64,000 nucleotides of DNA from Bdellovibrionales bacterium (GCA_965217115.1 OZ244239.1:1984001-2048000); one strand, 5' to 3'. Shown: positions 10,484 through 20,516, numbered from the stretch's first letter. Numbers and translations are program-made. The notes: generated by a model from the letters alone, not told the origin.

Positions 10484-11720
10484 AACAAGTTCCTTTGTTG
10501 AGAGTGGATTGGGCGTTTATAGTGCCACCCCATTCTTTAATTTTACGATGAGCGTAATAAAGTCCTAACCCATTTCCTGATTCTTTACCAGAAGTAAAAT
10601 CCTCATCAAAAATATGGGGAAGATCCTGTTCAGAAATGCCACACCCGTTATCTGTGATAGAGAGTGTGAGAGCGTCTTCTTTTTCCTGAACCTTGCAGTC
10701 GATGGTTCCCGATGAGGGGATGATGGCTTCAATGCTGTTATTGAGCAAATTAGAGAGGACTCGCTTGAGTTCAGTGGGGGAGCAAATTGCTTCTAAATCG
10801 TTGGCAACATCCATATTGAAATTAATATTTTTATATAGAACGATCTTGTCATTGATAACGTCGAGAATGAGAGGTCTAACTAAAAGAGGTTGAATTTTAT
10901 TTAGACGATAGCGGTTTTTCCGATTATTTTTTAAGAGATCATCGCTTGTTTCAAGAATTCTGTTAATGGATGATTTAATGATAGACGAGGCTGGCTCAGA
11001 AATATCCGAGTTGGACTCGTGTAGGGCTATATTGAGGGACATCACAGGGGAGCGAATATCGTGGGCGACTTGTTTTGTGATTTTTGAGAGTTCTTTCTCG
11101 GCATTTAAGGCTGTATGAATTTCTTTGAGTTCTATTCTTGAATAAATACCCTGTCTAACAAGACTGATAAGCTTGTTGGTGATGTTATCCTGATAACTAA
11201 TGTTTAGTGTCATTTTTGGATCTTTGTTCCATTTTTTTAAGACATCGAGTGTCGAGATGAGTGATTTTTTGTAACCCAATAGTGGAAAAAAGGCGGCAAT
11301 AATAATTAATACTGAGGCTAAAGTTGTTATAAAGATAAATAAAGAGGAGGTCAGGGTGGATTTAATAATCTTAGCTTTTGAAATACAGGTGTTGATTTTT
11401 CCGAGGTGCAGTCCTCTGAGAGTGAGATTGTTAGATGTGGGGTAGAGACAATGGGGAGGGTTTTTCCCTTGTGACCAGGAGTATGCTGTGTAATTGTTCT
11501 GCAAAACTTTATATTGGGAGATAGGAAAATTCTGCAAGCCTGTGATAAGTTTAGCCACAAGTTCATGGTTTTTGTTCTGAAAGAGATTGTCGGCAATTTC
11601 ATATTTCCATTGAGAGATGTACTGAGAAATATCAAATTTGGCTTGCTTGTGATTAGACTCAAGCAAGGTTTGATAGAAGAGGAAAATAAAGGCCCCTGTA
11701 GCACAGAAAATTGAAAACAA
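10452..11720 (-). CDS. Membrane sensor histidine kinase (no adjacent response regulator)
   Basis: Two TM segments, H-box QVAHDIRSP, N-box SNLLNNSIEA, DNGCGI, GNGLGL. Confidence 0.92.
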   Translation of the reverse strand: MFSIFCATGAFIFLFYQTLLESNHKQAKFDISQYISQWKYEIADNLFQNKNHELVAKLITGLQNFPISQYKVLQNNYTAYSWSQGKNPPHCLYPTSNNLTLRGLHLGKINTCISKAKIIKSTLTSSLFIFITTLASVLIIIAAFFPLLGYKKSLISTLDVLKKWNKDPKMTLNISYQDNITNKLISLVRQGIYSRIELKEIHTALNAEKELSKITKQVAHDIRSPVMSLNIALHESNSDISEPASSIIKSSINRILETSDDLLKNNRKNRYRLNKIQPLLVRPLILDVINDKIVLYKNINFNMDVANDLEAICSPTELKRVLSNLLNNSIEAIIPSSGTIDCKVQEKEDALTLSITDNGCGISEQDLPHIFDEDFTSGKESGNGLGLYYAHRKIKEWGGTINAQSTLNKGTCFEIHLKSPKT

Positions 11721-11836
11721 GGGTTTTTTTATGAGTTGGCTTATATGACCTCCACGGGGCGCCAGTATAACTGTTTTTTGGTGAAATAAGGGAAAAAGAA
11801 GTTGTTTTGAAAGGTTTTCACTGAAGTCGCTCTCTT

Positions 11837-13195
11837 TTAAGGTGAGAAAGAGACAGCTTGCCCTTTTGGCTGACCAATAACTTCATCGTCTCTCATTGCG
11901 ATGTCACCAGACAGGATGGTTGCAACGGGCCAACCTTGACATTGAAAACCGTCAAATGGGGTCCAACCGGAGAGACATTCAATCCAATTGTCAGTGATAG
12001 TTTTTTTGATTTTGAGGTCTATTAATGTGAAGTCGGCATCAAAACCTTCTGCTATTTGTCCTTTATTTTGAACTCCGTAAATGCGCGATGGGTTGTAGCT
12101 TGTAAGTTGAGTGAGGCGCTCTAAGTTGAGGCGCTGGTTGTTGACGTGGGTGAGCATAACAGGAAGAAGGGTTTGCACTCCAGGCATACCTGAGGGAGAT
12201 CGAGGGTAGGGGAGTGACTTTTCTGTGAGCGTGTGGGGAGCGTGATCGGAGCCAATAACGTCGACGGTGCCATTGGTGATTCCGCGCCAAAGGGCCTCGT
12301 GGTGATGTCGTGAGCGTATGGGAGGGTTCATTTGCACTTTAGTTCCTAATTGCGTGTAACATTCGGGAGCATAAAAAGAGAGATGCTGGGGAAGACACTC
12401 GACAGTGACAAGATCTTTAGCAGTAGAGTTTTTGAGCTCTCTTAGAAACTCGATTTCCTTTTGACTTGTTATGTGAAGAACATGCACGGGGCGATTTGTT
12501 TTCTGTGCGAGTTGGGTGATTTCTTGGGTGGCAAGAAAGGCCGTGTCTTCATCTCTCCACTGGGGGTGATCGTGGACATTTTTTGATTGCATGGCGATGT
12601 TTTTTCTTTCATTGAGCCTTTTTTCATCTTCACAGTGAATAGCGATCCGTCTTCCTCCATTACTGAGGATGTCCTCCAAATCTTGGGAGTCATCAACTAA
12701 AAGAGAGCCAGTGGAACTGCCCATAAATATCTTAACTCCAACGCAGCCAGGTAATTTTTCAAGCTCATGTAACTGGTGGATGTTTTCTTTGCAGGCCCCT
12801 ATGAAAAAAGCGTAATTAACCCAACATCGATCTTTGGCTAGAGACATTTTCTGTTCAAAGGCTTTTTTGTTTGTTGTATTAGGAGATGTGTTGGGCATTT
12901 CAAAAACAGCAGTGACGCCTCCCTTTAGGGCGCCAAGTGTTCCTGCGGCGAGGTCTTCTTTGTGGGTGAGGCCTGGTTCTCGAAAATGAACTTGGCTGTC
13001 GATGCACCCCGGTAAGAGATGTAAGTGAGTTGCATCAATGGTCTCTGTGGAATCACTCAGCGCAGAGGTGGAGATGCATGTGATTTTCCCGTTTTGACAG
13101 CCAATGGATAGAGGTTCAATGGTGTGTTGCCACCTTTGGCCAGGTTTATAGACAATGGTCTGAGCGTTATTAATAACAAGATCGAATTTATGCAT
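11837..13195 (-). CDS. pyrC: Dihydroorotase
   Basis: LLPGCIDSQVHFREPG, EMPNT, KIFMGSSTG, HCED, MNPPIR, IGSDHAPH. Confidence 0.9.
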   Translation of the reverse strand: MHKFDLVINNAQTIVYKPGQRWQHTIEPLSIGCQNGKITCISTSALSDSTETIDATHLHLLPGCIDSQVHFREPGLTHKEDLAAGTLGALKGGVTAVFEMPNTSPNTTNKKAFEQKMSLAKDRCWVNYAFFIGACKENIHQLHELEKLPGCVGVKIFMGSSTGSLLVDDSQDLEDILSNGGRRIAIHCEDEKRLNERKNIAMQSKNVHDHPQWRDEDTAFLATQEITQLAQKTNRPVHVLHITSQKEIEFLRELKNSTAKDLVTVECLPQHLSFYAPECYTQLGTKVQMNPPIRSRHHHEALWRGITNGTVDVIGSDHAPHTLTEKSLPYPRSPSGMPGVQTLLPVMLTHVNNQRLNLERLTQLTSYNPSRIYGVQNKGQIAEGFDADFTLIDLKIKKTITDNWIECLSGWTPFDGFQCQGWPVATILSGDIAMRDDEVIGQPKGQAVSFSP

Positions 13196-13381
13196 AGATC
13201 AAACTCCCTAGTCTCGTTATTTTAACTTGGTTTTAAGAGAAGGTCTAGTCATAGTCGTGACTTACTTAAGTTTCTTTGACGAGTTGCTCTTGAAACAGGG
13301 TATAATATAGGAGTTGAAGTCTCATCATTTTTTAGAGGCTTTTTTAGACACGAATGCAGAGTTAATAGATGAGGGTGTGTC

Positions 13382-14113
13382 ATGTTTTTTATGAGCCGTA
13401 TTATCGTGTTAGGAATGTTGTTGTTTTCAGTGAGTATCTATGGAGCTAAGAGTCCCCGTGTTAATGAACGGCTAATGATTGAAACTCTAAAGTTACCTGT
13501 AAAACATCGTTATTTGGCACTAAGAAAAATGGAAAATCATTCGCTGCCTTATTTGCGTAGGATTGTGAATAATAAAAAAGAGAATATGTCGTTGCGTTGG
13601 AGAGCACTCTCTTCTTTAGCAAAAATCTATGGTAGGAAAAGTTTACCAGATTTGTTGAAAGCATCTAGGGATTCACAGTGGTATATGCGCAATGGAGCTC
13701 TAGTTGGTTTGGCCCACGTTGATAAAGATCAGGCGTTGAAACTGTCTAAAAGATTATTGCAAGATGATGCTATGGTCGTAAGGGCAGCAGCGGTGAATGT
13801 TTTGGCAGAACACGGCGACAATCGTCACAAGGAATTGATTTGGAAGTCATTGAATAATCCAAAAAACTTCCATAGAGGCCGAAGCTTATGGATAAGGAAG
13901 AACACTGCTCGGGCTTTCTTAAGCATGGCAGCATATGGTGATGAGAGTAAAATGGTTAAATTATTAGGCGATAAGGACAAAGCTCTTCACGCTGTTGGTG
14001 TATTGGGTCTAGAGAGGTTAGCGGGGAAAAAATTAGAAGATCCCTATGAGTTTGTGATGAATAAAAAAAAGTATTGGACAAAATGGTGGCAGGATCGATC
14101 TCTTGTTCGCTAG
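13382..14113 (+). CDS. Secreted HEAT-repeat protein
   Basis: Signal peptide; HEAT-like units (LRWRALSSLAK, WYMRNGALVGL, DDAMVVRAAAVNVL). Confidence 0.8.
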   Translation: MFFMSRIIVLGMLLFSVSIYGAKSPRVNERLMIETLKLPVKHRYLALRKMENHSLPYLRRIVNNKKENMSLRWRALSSLAKIYGRKSLPDLLKASRDSQWYMRNGALVGLAHVDKDQALKLSKRLLQDDAMVVRAAAVNVLAEHGDNRHKELIWKSLNNPKNFHRGRSLWIRKNTARAFLSMAAYGDESKMVKLLGDKDKALHAVGVLGLERLAGKKLEDPYEFVMNKKKYWTKWWQDRSLVR

Positions 14114-15791
14114 GTTTTCGGGGGAGGAAAGTGTGATTAGAAAAATTTGGATTCCATGTGTTTTAGTAATGGTTTTTTCAGGCTGTAATACTTTAGATAT
14201 TGAAAGACAAACTATGAACAGCCAGATAACACGCTCGATTGCAAGCCATGATCTTAATGAAGTAGAATTTTTTAGAGACATTAAAGAATTAGAAGAGAGA
14301 GCGAAACTTGGAAAAGTTTCTGCGATTTATCTATTAGCCGAAGTGTATAGGAAAAACCACGATGATGATTCTTATAAAGAAATGGCCTCTTGGTATGAAC
14401 AGGCGACAAAAGAGAATAATGTTAAAGCCCAGTTTCAGTTAGCAAAGGCTTATAAATACGGCAAGGGCGTGAGTGTTGATGATCGTAGAGCTTTTAAGTG
14501 GTTTGAAGCCGCTGGAAAAAGAAATCATTGGCAGTCACAGTTTGAACTGGGAGAGATGTACGCTCAGGGGAGAGGAGTCTCCATGAATGTTAAAAAAGCA
14601 AAAGATTGGTATGGGCGATCAGTAAAAAATCGTAAGAAATGGGAAAAGGCATTAGAGAAAAAAACAGCTTCAGAGACAGAGGCCATGGCGTTGAAAAAAT
14701 TGAGAGAGATAAAGGTAAAAGTCAAAAAACATCTATTGCCAGGCGGGATTGATTTTAGAGAAGAATTAACATCTAGAGAAGACTCAATATCTAGAGAAGA
14801 CTTAGTATCTAGAGCTAACCAAAAGGCTTTCTATTGGTATGAAAAAGCGGCAGAGCTAGGGCATGCTTTGTCTCAGTATCAACTGGCAGAGATGTATCGC
14901 CTAGGCTTGGGGACGGAGAGAGATTTGAAGAAGGCTTTTAAGTGGTATGAATCGTCGGCATCGGATCGCCAGCACCCACGGGCGACATTTCGCTTAGCCG
15001 AGGCCTATTTCTTTGGCTACGGTGTCACGAGAGACCTTGAGAATGGAATTATTTATTATAAGGAATTAACAGAATCCAAGAATAGAACCCATTCTTTAGA
15101 GATTGAAGAGAAAAAAATGGAGGCTCAGTATAGATTAGGTCATATATATTACAATGATGATAAGAAGGAAGCTTTGAAGTGGTACTCTGGGATCGCGAAG
15201 AAGGGCCATTTAAAAGCTATGGAAATGATTCTGAATTTGTATGTAGAGGGGGATGTGAATAAGAAAACACTCTCTTCTATAAATCGGCTTTATGATAAGA
15301 ATAGGTTGAGTGGCCCCAGTGTCGCTGAGTTGAACTTGTTTAGAGATTATGGTTCTGATGGGCTCTCAAGAAAAGAAATTAATTTAGCACATTCTGCTGA
15401 GTTCTTATCTAAATATGAAAGTATTGCCGAAAAGGGAGACAAAATGGTTAAGAACTCCTTAGCTCAGATGCTGGAGAAAGGGACGAATGTTTTTGGGGAT
15501 ACTTATGTGGATGTAAATTTAAAGCAGGCATTAGTTTGGTATAAGAGAGCGGCGAAGGCTGGCCATAAGCCAGCTTTTCATAAAGTGGCATCCATATATC
15601 TTGATGGGGCGAAAAATGTAGACATGAATATTCCCGAGGCGATTCGTTGGTATAAATTAGCTGTGAACCACCTTGATTTCCGTGCAACGGAAAAGTTGGG
15701 AGATATTTACAGTGAGTCCCCCTTTTTAGAGAAGAACATGGTGAGAGCTAATAAGTGGTATGCAGTGTACAGTGCCTATGTCTCTGAGTAA
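14103..15791 (+). CDS. Sel1-repeat lipoprotein
   Basis: Multiple AQFQLAKAYKYGKGV...AFKWFEAAG-type Sel1 repeats; lipobox FSG|C. Confidence 0.92.
   Translation: MFARFSGEESVIRKIWIPCVLVMVFSGCNTLDIERQTMNSQITRSIASHDLNEVEFFRDIKELEERAKLGKVSAIYLLAEVYRKNHDDDSYKEMASWYEQATKENNVKAQFQLAKAYKYGKGVSVDDRRAFKWFEAAGKRNHWQSQFELGEMYAQGRGVSMNVKKAKDWYGRSVKNRKKWEKALEKKTASETEAMALKKLREIKVKVKKHLLPGGIDFREELTSREDSISREDLVSRANQKAFYWYEKAAELGHALSQYQLAEMYRLGLGTERDLKKAFKWYESSASDRQHPRATFRLAEAYFFGYGVTRDLENGIIYYKELTESKNRTHSLEIEEKKMEAQYRLGHIYYNDDKKEALKWYSGIAKKGHLKAMEMILNLYVEGDVNKKTLSSINRLYDKNRLSGPSVAELNLFRDYGSDGLSRKEINLAHSAEFLSKYESIAEKGDKMVKNSLAQMLEKGTNVFGDTYVDVNLKQALVWYKRAAKAGHKPAFHKVASIYLDGAKNVDMNIPEAIRWYKLAVNHLDFRATEKLGDIYSESPFLEKNMVRANKWYAVYSAYVSE
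14754..14814 (+). repeat. In-frame 18-bp tandem repeat (3+ copies) within the Sel1 gene
   Basis: tttagagaagaattaaca/tctagagaagactcaata/tctagagaagacttagta/tctagag = REELTS-REDSIS-REDLVS-R. Confidence 0.85.
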
Positions 15792-15911
15792 AATTGAACA
15801 GTACGATGAACAAGTATTTTGAATGGATAAACATTTTCTAAATCCTTCTAAGTTATTGTAATTATTGATTGACACCTTTCAATCGGGTTAGGTAAAACGG
15901 TTTTTCGTTGT

Positions 15912-15988
15912 GGCGGGGTAGCTCAGCTGGTTAGAGCACTGGAATCATAATCCAGGTGTCGGGAGTTCGAATCTCCCCCTCGCTACCA
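15912..15988 (+). tRNA. tRNA-Met (CAT), elongator type
   Basis: GGCGGGGTAGCTCAG...CTGGA-ATCATAA-TCCAG...GTTCGAATC...CGCTACCA; lacks the initiator GGG/CCC anticodon stem. Confidence 0.93.
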
Positions 15989-16076
15989 TTTTCCTTGCAT
16001 TTTCCCTAGTTACTCATTGCTAGGAGGAACGACGGCAGATAAAATTTGTCAAACACTGGGTGAAGGTTAAATAATA

Positions 16077-17216
16077 ATGTTATCAGAGATAAAGAAAAAT
16101 CCGTTTAGACTTTTTTTTCCAGTGGGTTGGCTGTTGGGGTTGTCGGGGGCTCTGCTGTGGATCCTCTTTCACCAGGGGATTATTGATGGAAATCCAAAGG
16201 AGCATCACGGTCATTTAATGATCGGTGGGTTTCTCCTGTCCTTTGTAATGGGTTTCTTGATGACAGCTATTCCAAGGTTTACTAAGACGGAATATGCAAA
16301 CTCACTAGAGATAATAATATCCGTGGTGTTGGTCTTTCTCATGTCTTGGAGTGGGCTTTTTTATGTGAGTGGCCTTTTTAATATCACGAGCTTACTGGGA
16401 CTCCTGTTTATCATCGCCTATTCGGTAAGGCGGTTCATAAAGAGGGAGAGCAATCCACCGGATACATTTATATTTGTTGGAGTTGCCCTCTTAATGGGGC
16501 TGTTGGGAATATCCTTAGTTCTTAGTCACGAGTATTACCATTTGGGAGAGTTACTCTTTTTCCAAGGAATGCCCTTTTCTCTAGTTTTAGGAGTTGGTGG
16601 ACGGTTGGTTCCAGGAATTTTAGGCCATGGGGAAGTCGTCAAAGCGCAGAGAGATCGCTATGAAAACCTGGAATCCTTCTTCAAGATAGTGCCTGCTATG
16701 AATTACCTACTGGCAATGGTTTTTGTGGCGTCGTTTTTTACTGAGCACTACCTGAGTCAAGTGGTTGGCCATGCTTTAAGAGCAGTGGTGATTTCCTATA
16801 TTGCCACGGTCTATTGGAGGATTTTTAAATTTCCTGTGAAGAGAACAGTCCACACTTTTTCAATTTGGTTGGCCTGTTTGTTTATTTTTTCTGGGTCGTG
16901 GCTCTATAGCTTTTTACCCTCGATACACGTTCTCCACTTGATTTATATTGGAGGGTTTGGGTTTATAACCTTACTGGTAGCATCTCGGGTGACCCTTGCC
17001 CATGGTGATGGAGGTATGGAAATCGAGGGAGAGAAGTTTCCGTTTCTATGGATTTGTATTCTCCTGTCTCTATCAGCGGTGACCAGAGCCAGCGCCTACC
17101 TATTTCCTGCCCAGTATCAATCACATATAAGCTATTCGGCGGGTCTCTGGATTGTCGGTTTTATTATTTGGGGAATCGTCTTCATCCCCAGAATTTGCAC
17201 CCGCCAGCGGCAGTGA
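16077..17216 (+). CDS. nnrS: NnrS family membrane protein
   Basis: PFRLFF, HGHLMIGGF, GFLMTAIPRFT, GGRLVP, HLIYIGG, SRVTLAHG; multiple TM helices. Confidence 0.85.
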   Translation: MLSEIKKNPFRLFFPVGWLLGLSGALLWILFHQGIIDGNPKEHHGHLMIGGFLLSFVMGFLMTAIPRFTKTEYANSLEIIISVVLVFLMSWSGLFYVSGLFNITSLLGLLFIIAYSVRRFIKRESNPPDTFIFVGVALLMGLLGISLVLSHEYYHLGELLFFQGMPFSLVLGVGGRLVPGILGHGEVVKAQRDRYENLESFFKIVPAMNYLLAMVFVASFFTEHYLSQVVGHALRAVVISYIATVYWRIFKFPVKRTVHTFSIWLACLFIFSGSWLYSFLPSIHVLHLIYIGGFGFITLLVASRVTLAHGDGGMEIEGEKFPFLWICILLSLSAVTRASAYLFPAQYQSHISYSAGLWIVGFIIWGIVFIPRICTRQRQ

Positions 17217-17378
17217 AACACAATTAATGGTGGTGCCCCCTCGCCCAAAGTACACGAACACCCTTTGGTAGTAAAAGGGGTTAAAAAGATCCAATGGGTA
17301 GAGAGTCTAGAACGACTCAAGTGAGCTAGAGGTTTTTATTTAACTAGTGTCATACGATCAATTTCAGTAATATTGTTG

Positions 17379-18179
17379 CTATTTCGAAATAGGAAAGAAA
17401 TTAATATTTAAGAAAGAAGCCTTATCTTTTTTAACTGAGTTTTTTGAAATCGAAATTACCTTTTGCTTAGCATCTTCAAGAATTTTCTCAATCTCGGTCT
17501 GAGATTCCTTGTCATGGATAAGACAAAATGAATCGAATTTCCCACACTTTAATCCATTATCCATTTCGAGGTGCTTAGTAGCTCGCTCTAAAGCTGTTAT
17601 GTATAGGCCTTCTGTATTTACCCCTGTTTTTAAAAAAACATCATTAAGAGATTTTTTAAAAATATTTAGCTCTCTAAGCTTTTTGATTGCACCCTTTACT
17701 TCTTCTTCCGAATAGTCATCTCTTAGACGTGCAAAAATCCAATCAAACTTAAGCTTCGAGTCTTTTAACCCTAAAAGAGTATAGATTTCCCAAGTCAAAA
17801 TACTCTTGAAGATTGATTCATCTCCATCTTTATATTCATTGGGAACTAGAAGTTTAATGTCTTTTCTAAATCTCTCAAAGTTAAGCTTTACATCTTTATC
17901 TTCGGAGTTATCTTTGAGAACCATCATAAAGAAGTAGGAACTTTCTATTTCATTGAGCTTTATCTTCTCAGCTAGCTTGGCAGCCTTTTCTATACTGATT
18001 TTTCGACGTCCAGAAACGACTTGCTTTAAATAAGTCTCTGAGCCGTTAATTAAACCAGAGAAATAGCTATAAGAGTACTTGGTGTCTTTATTTTTTAAAG
18101 CACCAATATACTCTTTTATAAAGCCTCTGTAATCACTGTAATTAAAAATTGGTACTCTAGTGTCCAACACTTCCAACAT
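17379..18179 (-). CDS. TIGR02147/DUF4423-family HTH protein
   Basis: IFNYSDYRGFIKEY...YSYSYFS...SETYLKQVVSGRRKIS...ESSYF; C-terminal LNINFFPISK typical of this family. Confidence 0.8.
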   Translation of the reverse strand: MLEVLDTRVPIFNYSDYRGFIKEYIGALKNKDTKYSYSYFSGLINGSETYLKQVVSGRRKISIEKAAKLAEKIKLNEIESSYFFMMVLKDNSEDKDVKLNFERFRKDIKLLVPNEYKDGDESIFKSILTWEIYTLLGLKDSKLKFDWIFARLRDDYSEEEVKGAIKKLRELNIFKKSLNDVFLKTGVNTEGLYITALERATKHLEMDNGLKCGKFDSFCLIHDKESQTEIEKILEDAKQKVISISKNSVKKDKASFLNINFFPISK

Positions 18180-18564
18180 TAAAACCTTCTGTTTTGATTA
18201 ATTTCATCATAGGGCATGTTTTCACAACACCACTATAGTAGATTTCAAGATAGGGTAAATCAGCTCCTCCAGAGTCATAAGGAATTAATACCTCAAAAGT
18301 AGGGATTGTTGAAGAAATTCCGACTTGGGTAAATCTCATGAAATGTGAACTGCTAATACTGCTTGCTCTATTGATTAGTGATTTAAAGCTGTCTGAGGAA
18401 GAGTTAACAAACTTTAGTAGACCAAAGGGCGTTTCTTCTGTGATATAAAATTGAGCCTGTACGTCACATGTTGAGTCTGTCTTGGCAATCATTTCCCACG
18501 AGATTGAGAATGCTGGCAATGTCCAAAGAGTAAGTAAAAGTGGTATTGTAATTAACTTTTTCAT
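18157..18564 (-). CDS. Small secreted hypothetical protein
   Basis: AGGAGG RBS, signal peptide MKKLITIPLLLTLWTLPAFS, two Cys; overlaps the TIGR02147 gene start. Confidence 0.7.
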   Translation of the reverse strand: MKKLITIPLLLTLWTLPAFSISWEMIAKTDSTCDVQAQFYITEETPFGLLKFVNSSSDSFKSLINRASSISSSHFMRFTQVGISSTIPTFEVLIPYDSGGADLPYLEIYYSGVVKTCPMMKLIKTEGFNVGSVGH

Positions 18565-18573
18565 AAAACCTCC

Positions 18574-18655
18574 TAAAGTTCTTATATTTTAAGCATCTTA
18601 GAAATTCAACTTCTTAAAGTTCTTATATTTTAAGCATCTTAGAAGTTCAACTTCT
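18574..18655. repeat. 41-bp tandem duplication (2 copies, 1 mismatch)
   Basis: taaagttcttatattttaagcatcttagaa(a/g)ttcaacttct x2, immediately upstream of the RBS of 18157..18564. Confidence 0.95.
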
Positions 18656-18805
18656 CAAAATATTTAACGGGCTCAAAATGAACCCTTAGGCTTTATGATC
18701 TGTGAACGTAAGTTTTATTTATTATATTGAGATCGCTTAGATAAAAAGAAATCTAATGAAAAATGGTTTCTCACCAACCACTGTTCATTATTTCCTTGTT
18801 TTGAT

Positions 18806-18949
18806 GAGTCTAATGCCGTTTTCTTTCTAGAATATCTCCCAAAAGAATCCAGTTCTTTTCGGCGAGTTTGGCTTGGCGACTTCTATTGCATTTCTCTGCA
18901 ATGGAAGGTGACAAACGGATGTTTGAGCAAGAAAAGGGCTAGAGTCTTT
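18806..18949. repeat. Palindromic element, variant 3: left 55-bp arm, conserved core, truncated right arm
   Basis: Core halves gcgagtttggcttgg (18862-18876) and caaacggatgtttgagc (18912-18928) around apical stem cttctattgca-tttctc-tgcaatggaag; 18806-18860 is an inverted repeat of 20728-20782 (50/55). Confidence 0.85.
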
Positions 18950-18974
18950 GATCTGTACCCCAAAAAGGGGACAC

Positions 18975-19010
18975 AAAATAAAAAGCCCCATCTGTGATAT
19001 GATGGGGTTT
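18975..19010 (-). terminator. Intrinsic terminator downstream of 19092..19574
   Basis: AAAATAAAAAG-CCCCATC-tgtgatat-GATGGGG-TTT. Confidence 0.7.
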
Positions 19011-19091
19011 ATTGTTTTTAACACTGCTTTCATAATAAAGCATTTAGTTCCTAATACAAAAAAATAATTATTGTCTGTCGACTAGGTTAAG

Positions 19092-19574
19092 TCACCGAGG
19101 TTCGATTTTGCTCCTGTTAGTCGACTTTTTTCTCTGAAAAAGTGCAGAAGAAGGCCATAAATGTTTTGTTTTGGTATTAGCTAAATAAGCAATACACCCG
19201 CTAGAATCACTGCCTGGGGACCAATCAATACCGATGACAACACAGGAATTGCTGAATCTACTGATTTCCACCAAGGAACATTTAAAACCATCATGATTTT
19301 GGAAAAAAACATCAAGGTGTTTAACATTTTCTGTTGTCATGTAATAAAAATAGAATGGAGTTTTATTGGTCACCTCCACTGTATTTCCCCAGTTTGCACC
19401 TCCTTCGACGTAGTTTGCATATCCGTTGTTACCATTAATGAGTGTATCACAGTCATCAGCAAAAGCATGCAATGAAAGAATAACTATGCTGAATGCAATA
19501 ATCAATGATTTCATATTTTCTCCTTGTGTTTTATTACTTACAAAAATAATAGTTTTATTACGAGCTTTTCTCAT
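19092..19574 (-). CDS. Small secreted hypothetical protein (probable start 19514)
   Basis: AGGAG RBS before MKSLIIAFSIVILSLHAFA|DD; four Cys. Confidence 0.7.
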   Translation of the reverse strand: MRKARNKTIIFVSNKTQGENMKSLIIAFSIVILSLHAFADDCDTLINGNNGYANYVEGGANWGNTVEVTNKTPFYFYYMTTENVKHLDVFFQNHDGFKCSLVEISRFSNSCVVIGIDWSPGSDSSGCIAYLANTKTKHLWPSSALFQRKKSTNRSKIEPR

Positions 19575-19606
19575 AAGTTTGTTTAATTTTAGATATAACC
19601 TCTGTA

Positions 19607-19699
19607 CAAATTAATCAATAACATTATCTAATTTTGGAAAAATTTACAAATTTGCGAATTGACTCATAAATAATCACACCGAAAAGGCCTGAGGGCGAA
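19607..19699. repeat. Shared upstream (promoter-like) region, copy 1
   Basis: ...tttacaaatttgcgaattgactcataaataatcacaccgaaaaggcctgagggcgaa, near-identical to 20601-20696. Confidence 0.85.
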
Positions 19700-19923
19700 T
19701 ATACTGGCAAATAAAGAAGCCCGTTCGACTCAAAACAAAAACACCTATAAGATATTTAAGAGTATCAAAAACAAACACTTATGGGGGTTAAATAATGAGG
19801 AACGAGCTAAATACAATTATTATAGAAAAATACCAAGATGACTACAAAACTTGAAAAAACTGCTATAGGTTCTTTAAGTTTTATTGAGATTTTTTTTAAC
19901 CTACCTTTAAAGGTTTTATAAAT

Positions 19924-19955
19924 AAAAAAGATACTGCTAATTAAAACAGTATCTT
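19924..19955 (-). terminator. Intrinsic terminator downstream of 20049..20516
   Basis: A-tract plus AAGATACTG...CAGTATCTT hairpin. Confidence 0.6.
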
Positions 19956-20048
19956 CATCTTTCCCTAGCCTTGATGAGCTAGTTAGTTATTTAAATCTAG
20001 TGACAGAGGTGTAAAACTCTCTTTTTCAGAAAAAGATAGCAACAATTA

Positions 20049-20516
20049 TTATATTTCATATTGCACAGTGCATGCGGCCCTAGAATAATCGAAATTACTA
20101 CCATGTCGACTTATCTCAACCTGCAGCAGGTTATTTTCTTTCTTTTTTATTGTTAAAATTCTTCTAGCATAATAATAAACCCCACCTGCCTGTAACACTG
20201 ACACGGTAAGTGTATCACCTACGATTGAACAAGATTCAGTCGTCTCCGTTGCAAGCTCATCTGTAAGCATAGGTACATAGTGTCGATCATCTAATTCAAC
20301 GCGAGTATGAGGAACGTCGAAACGTACTTTTACTCGACAGTTTTTATGTTTATAAACGCTTTCAAAAACAGTGTCTTCAGTTTCACTAATACTGAAATTT
20401 GTAAATTGAAGAAATTTATTTGCACAATTTTTTGTAGAACTTGTGGCTAATGCCGACGTACTAAATGCCAAAAAAAACACTAGCCTTGGTAATAAATTTT
20501 TCATTTTTCTCTCCAA
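20049..20516 (-). CDS. Small secreted hypothetical protein (probable start 20504)
   Basis: GGAG RBS, signal peptide MKNLLPRLVFFLAFSTSALA, four Cys. Confidence 0.7.
   Translation of the reverse strand: MERKMKNLLPRLVFFLAFSTSALATSSTKNCANKFLQFTNFSISETEDTVFESVYKHKNCRVKVRFDVPHTRVELDDRHYVPMLTDELATETTESCSIVGDTLTVSVLQAGGVYYYARRILTIKKKENNLLQVEISRHGSNFDYSRAACTVQYEI

Noticed and set aside
18827..19033. 68-aa minus-strand ORF
   Set aside because: Runs through a terminator and the palindromic element; likely spurious
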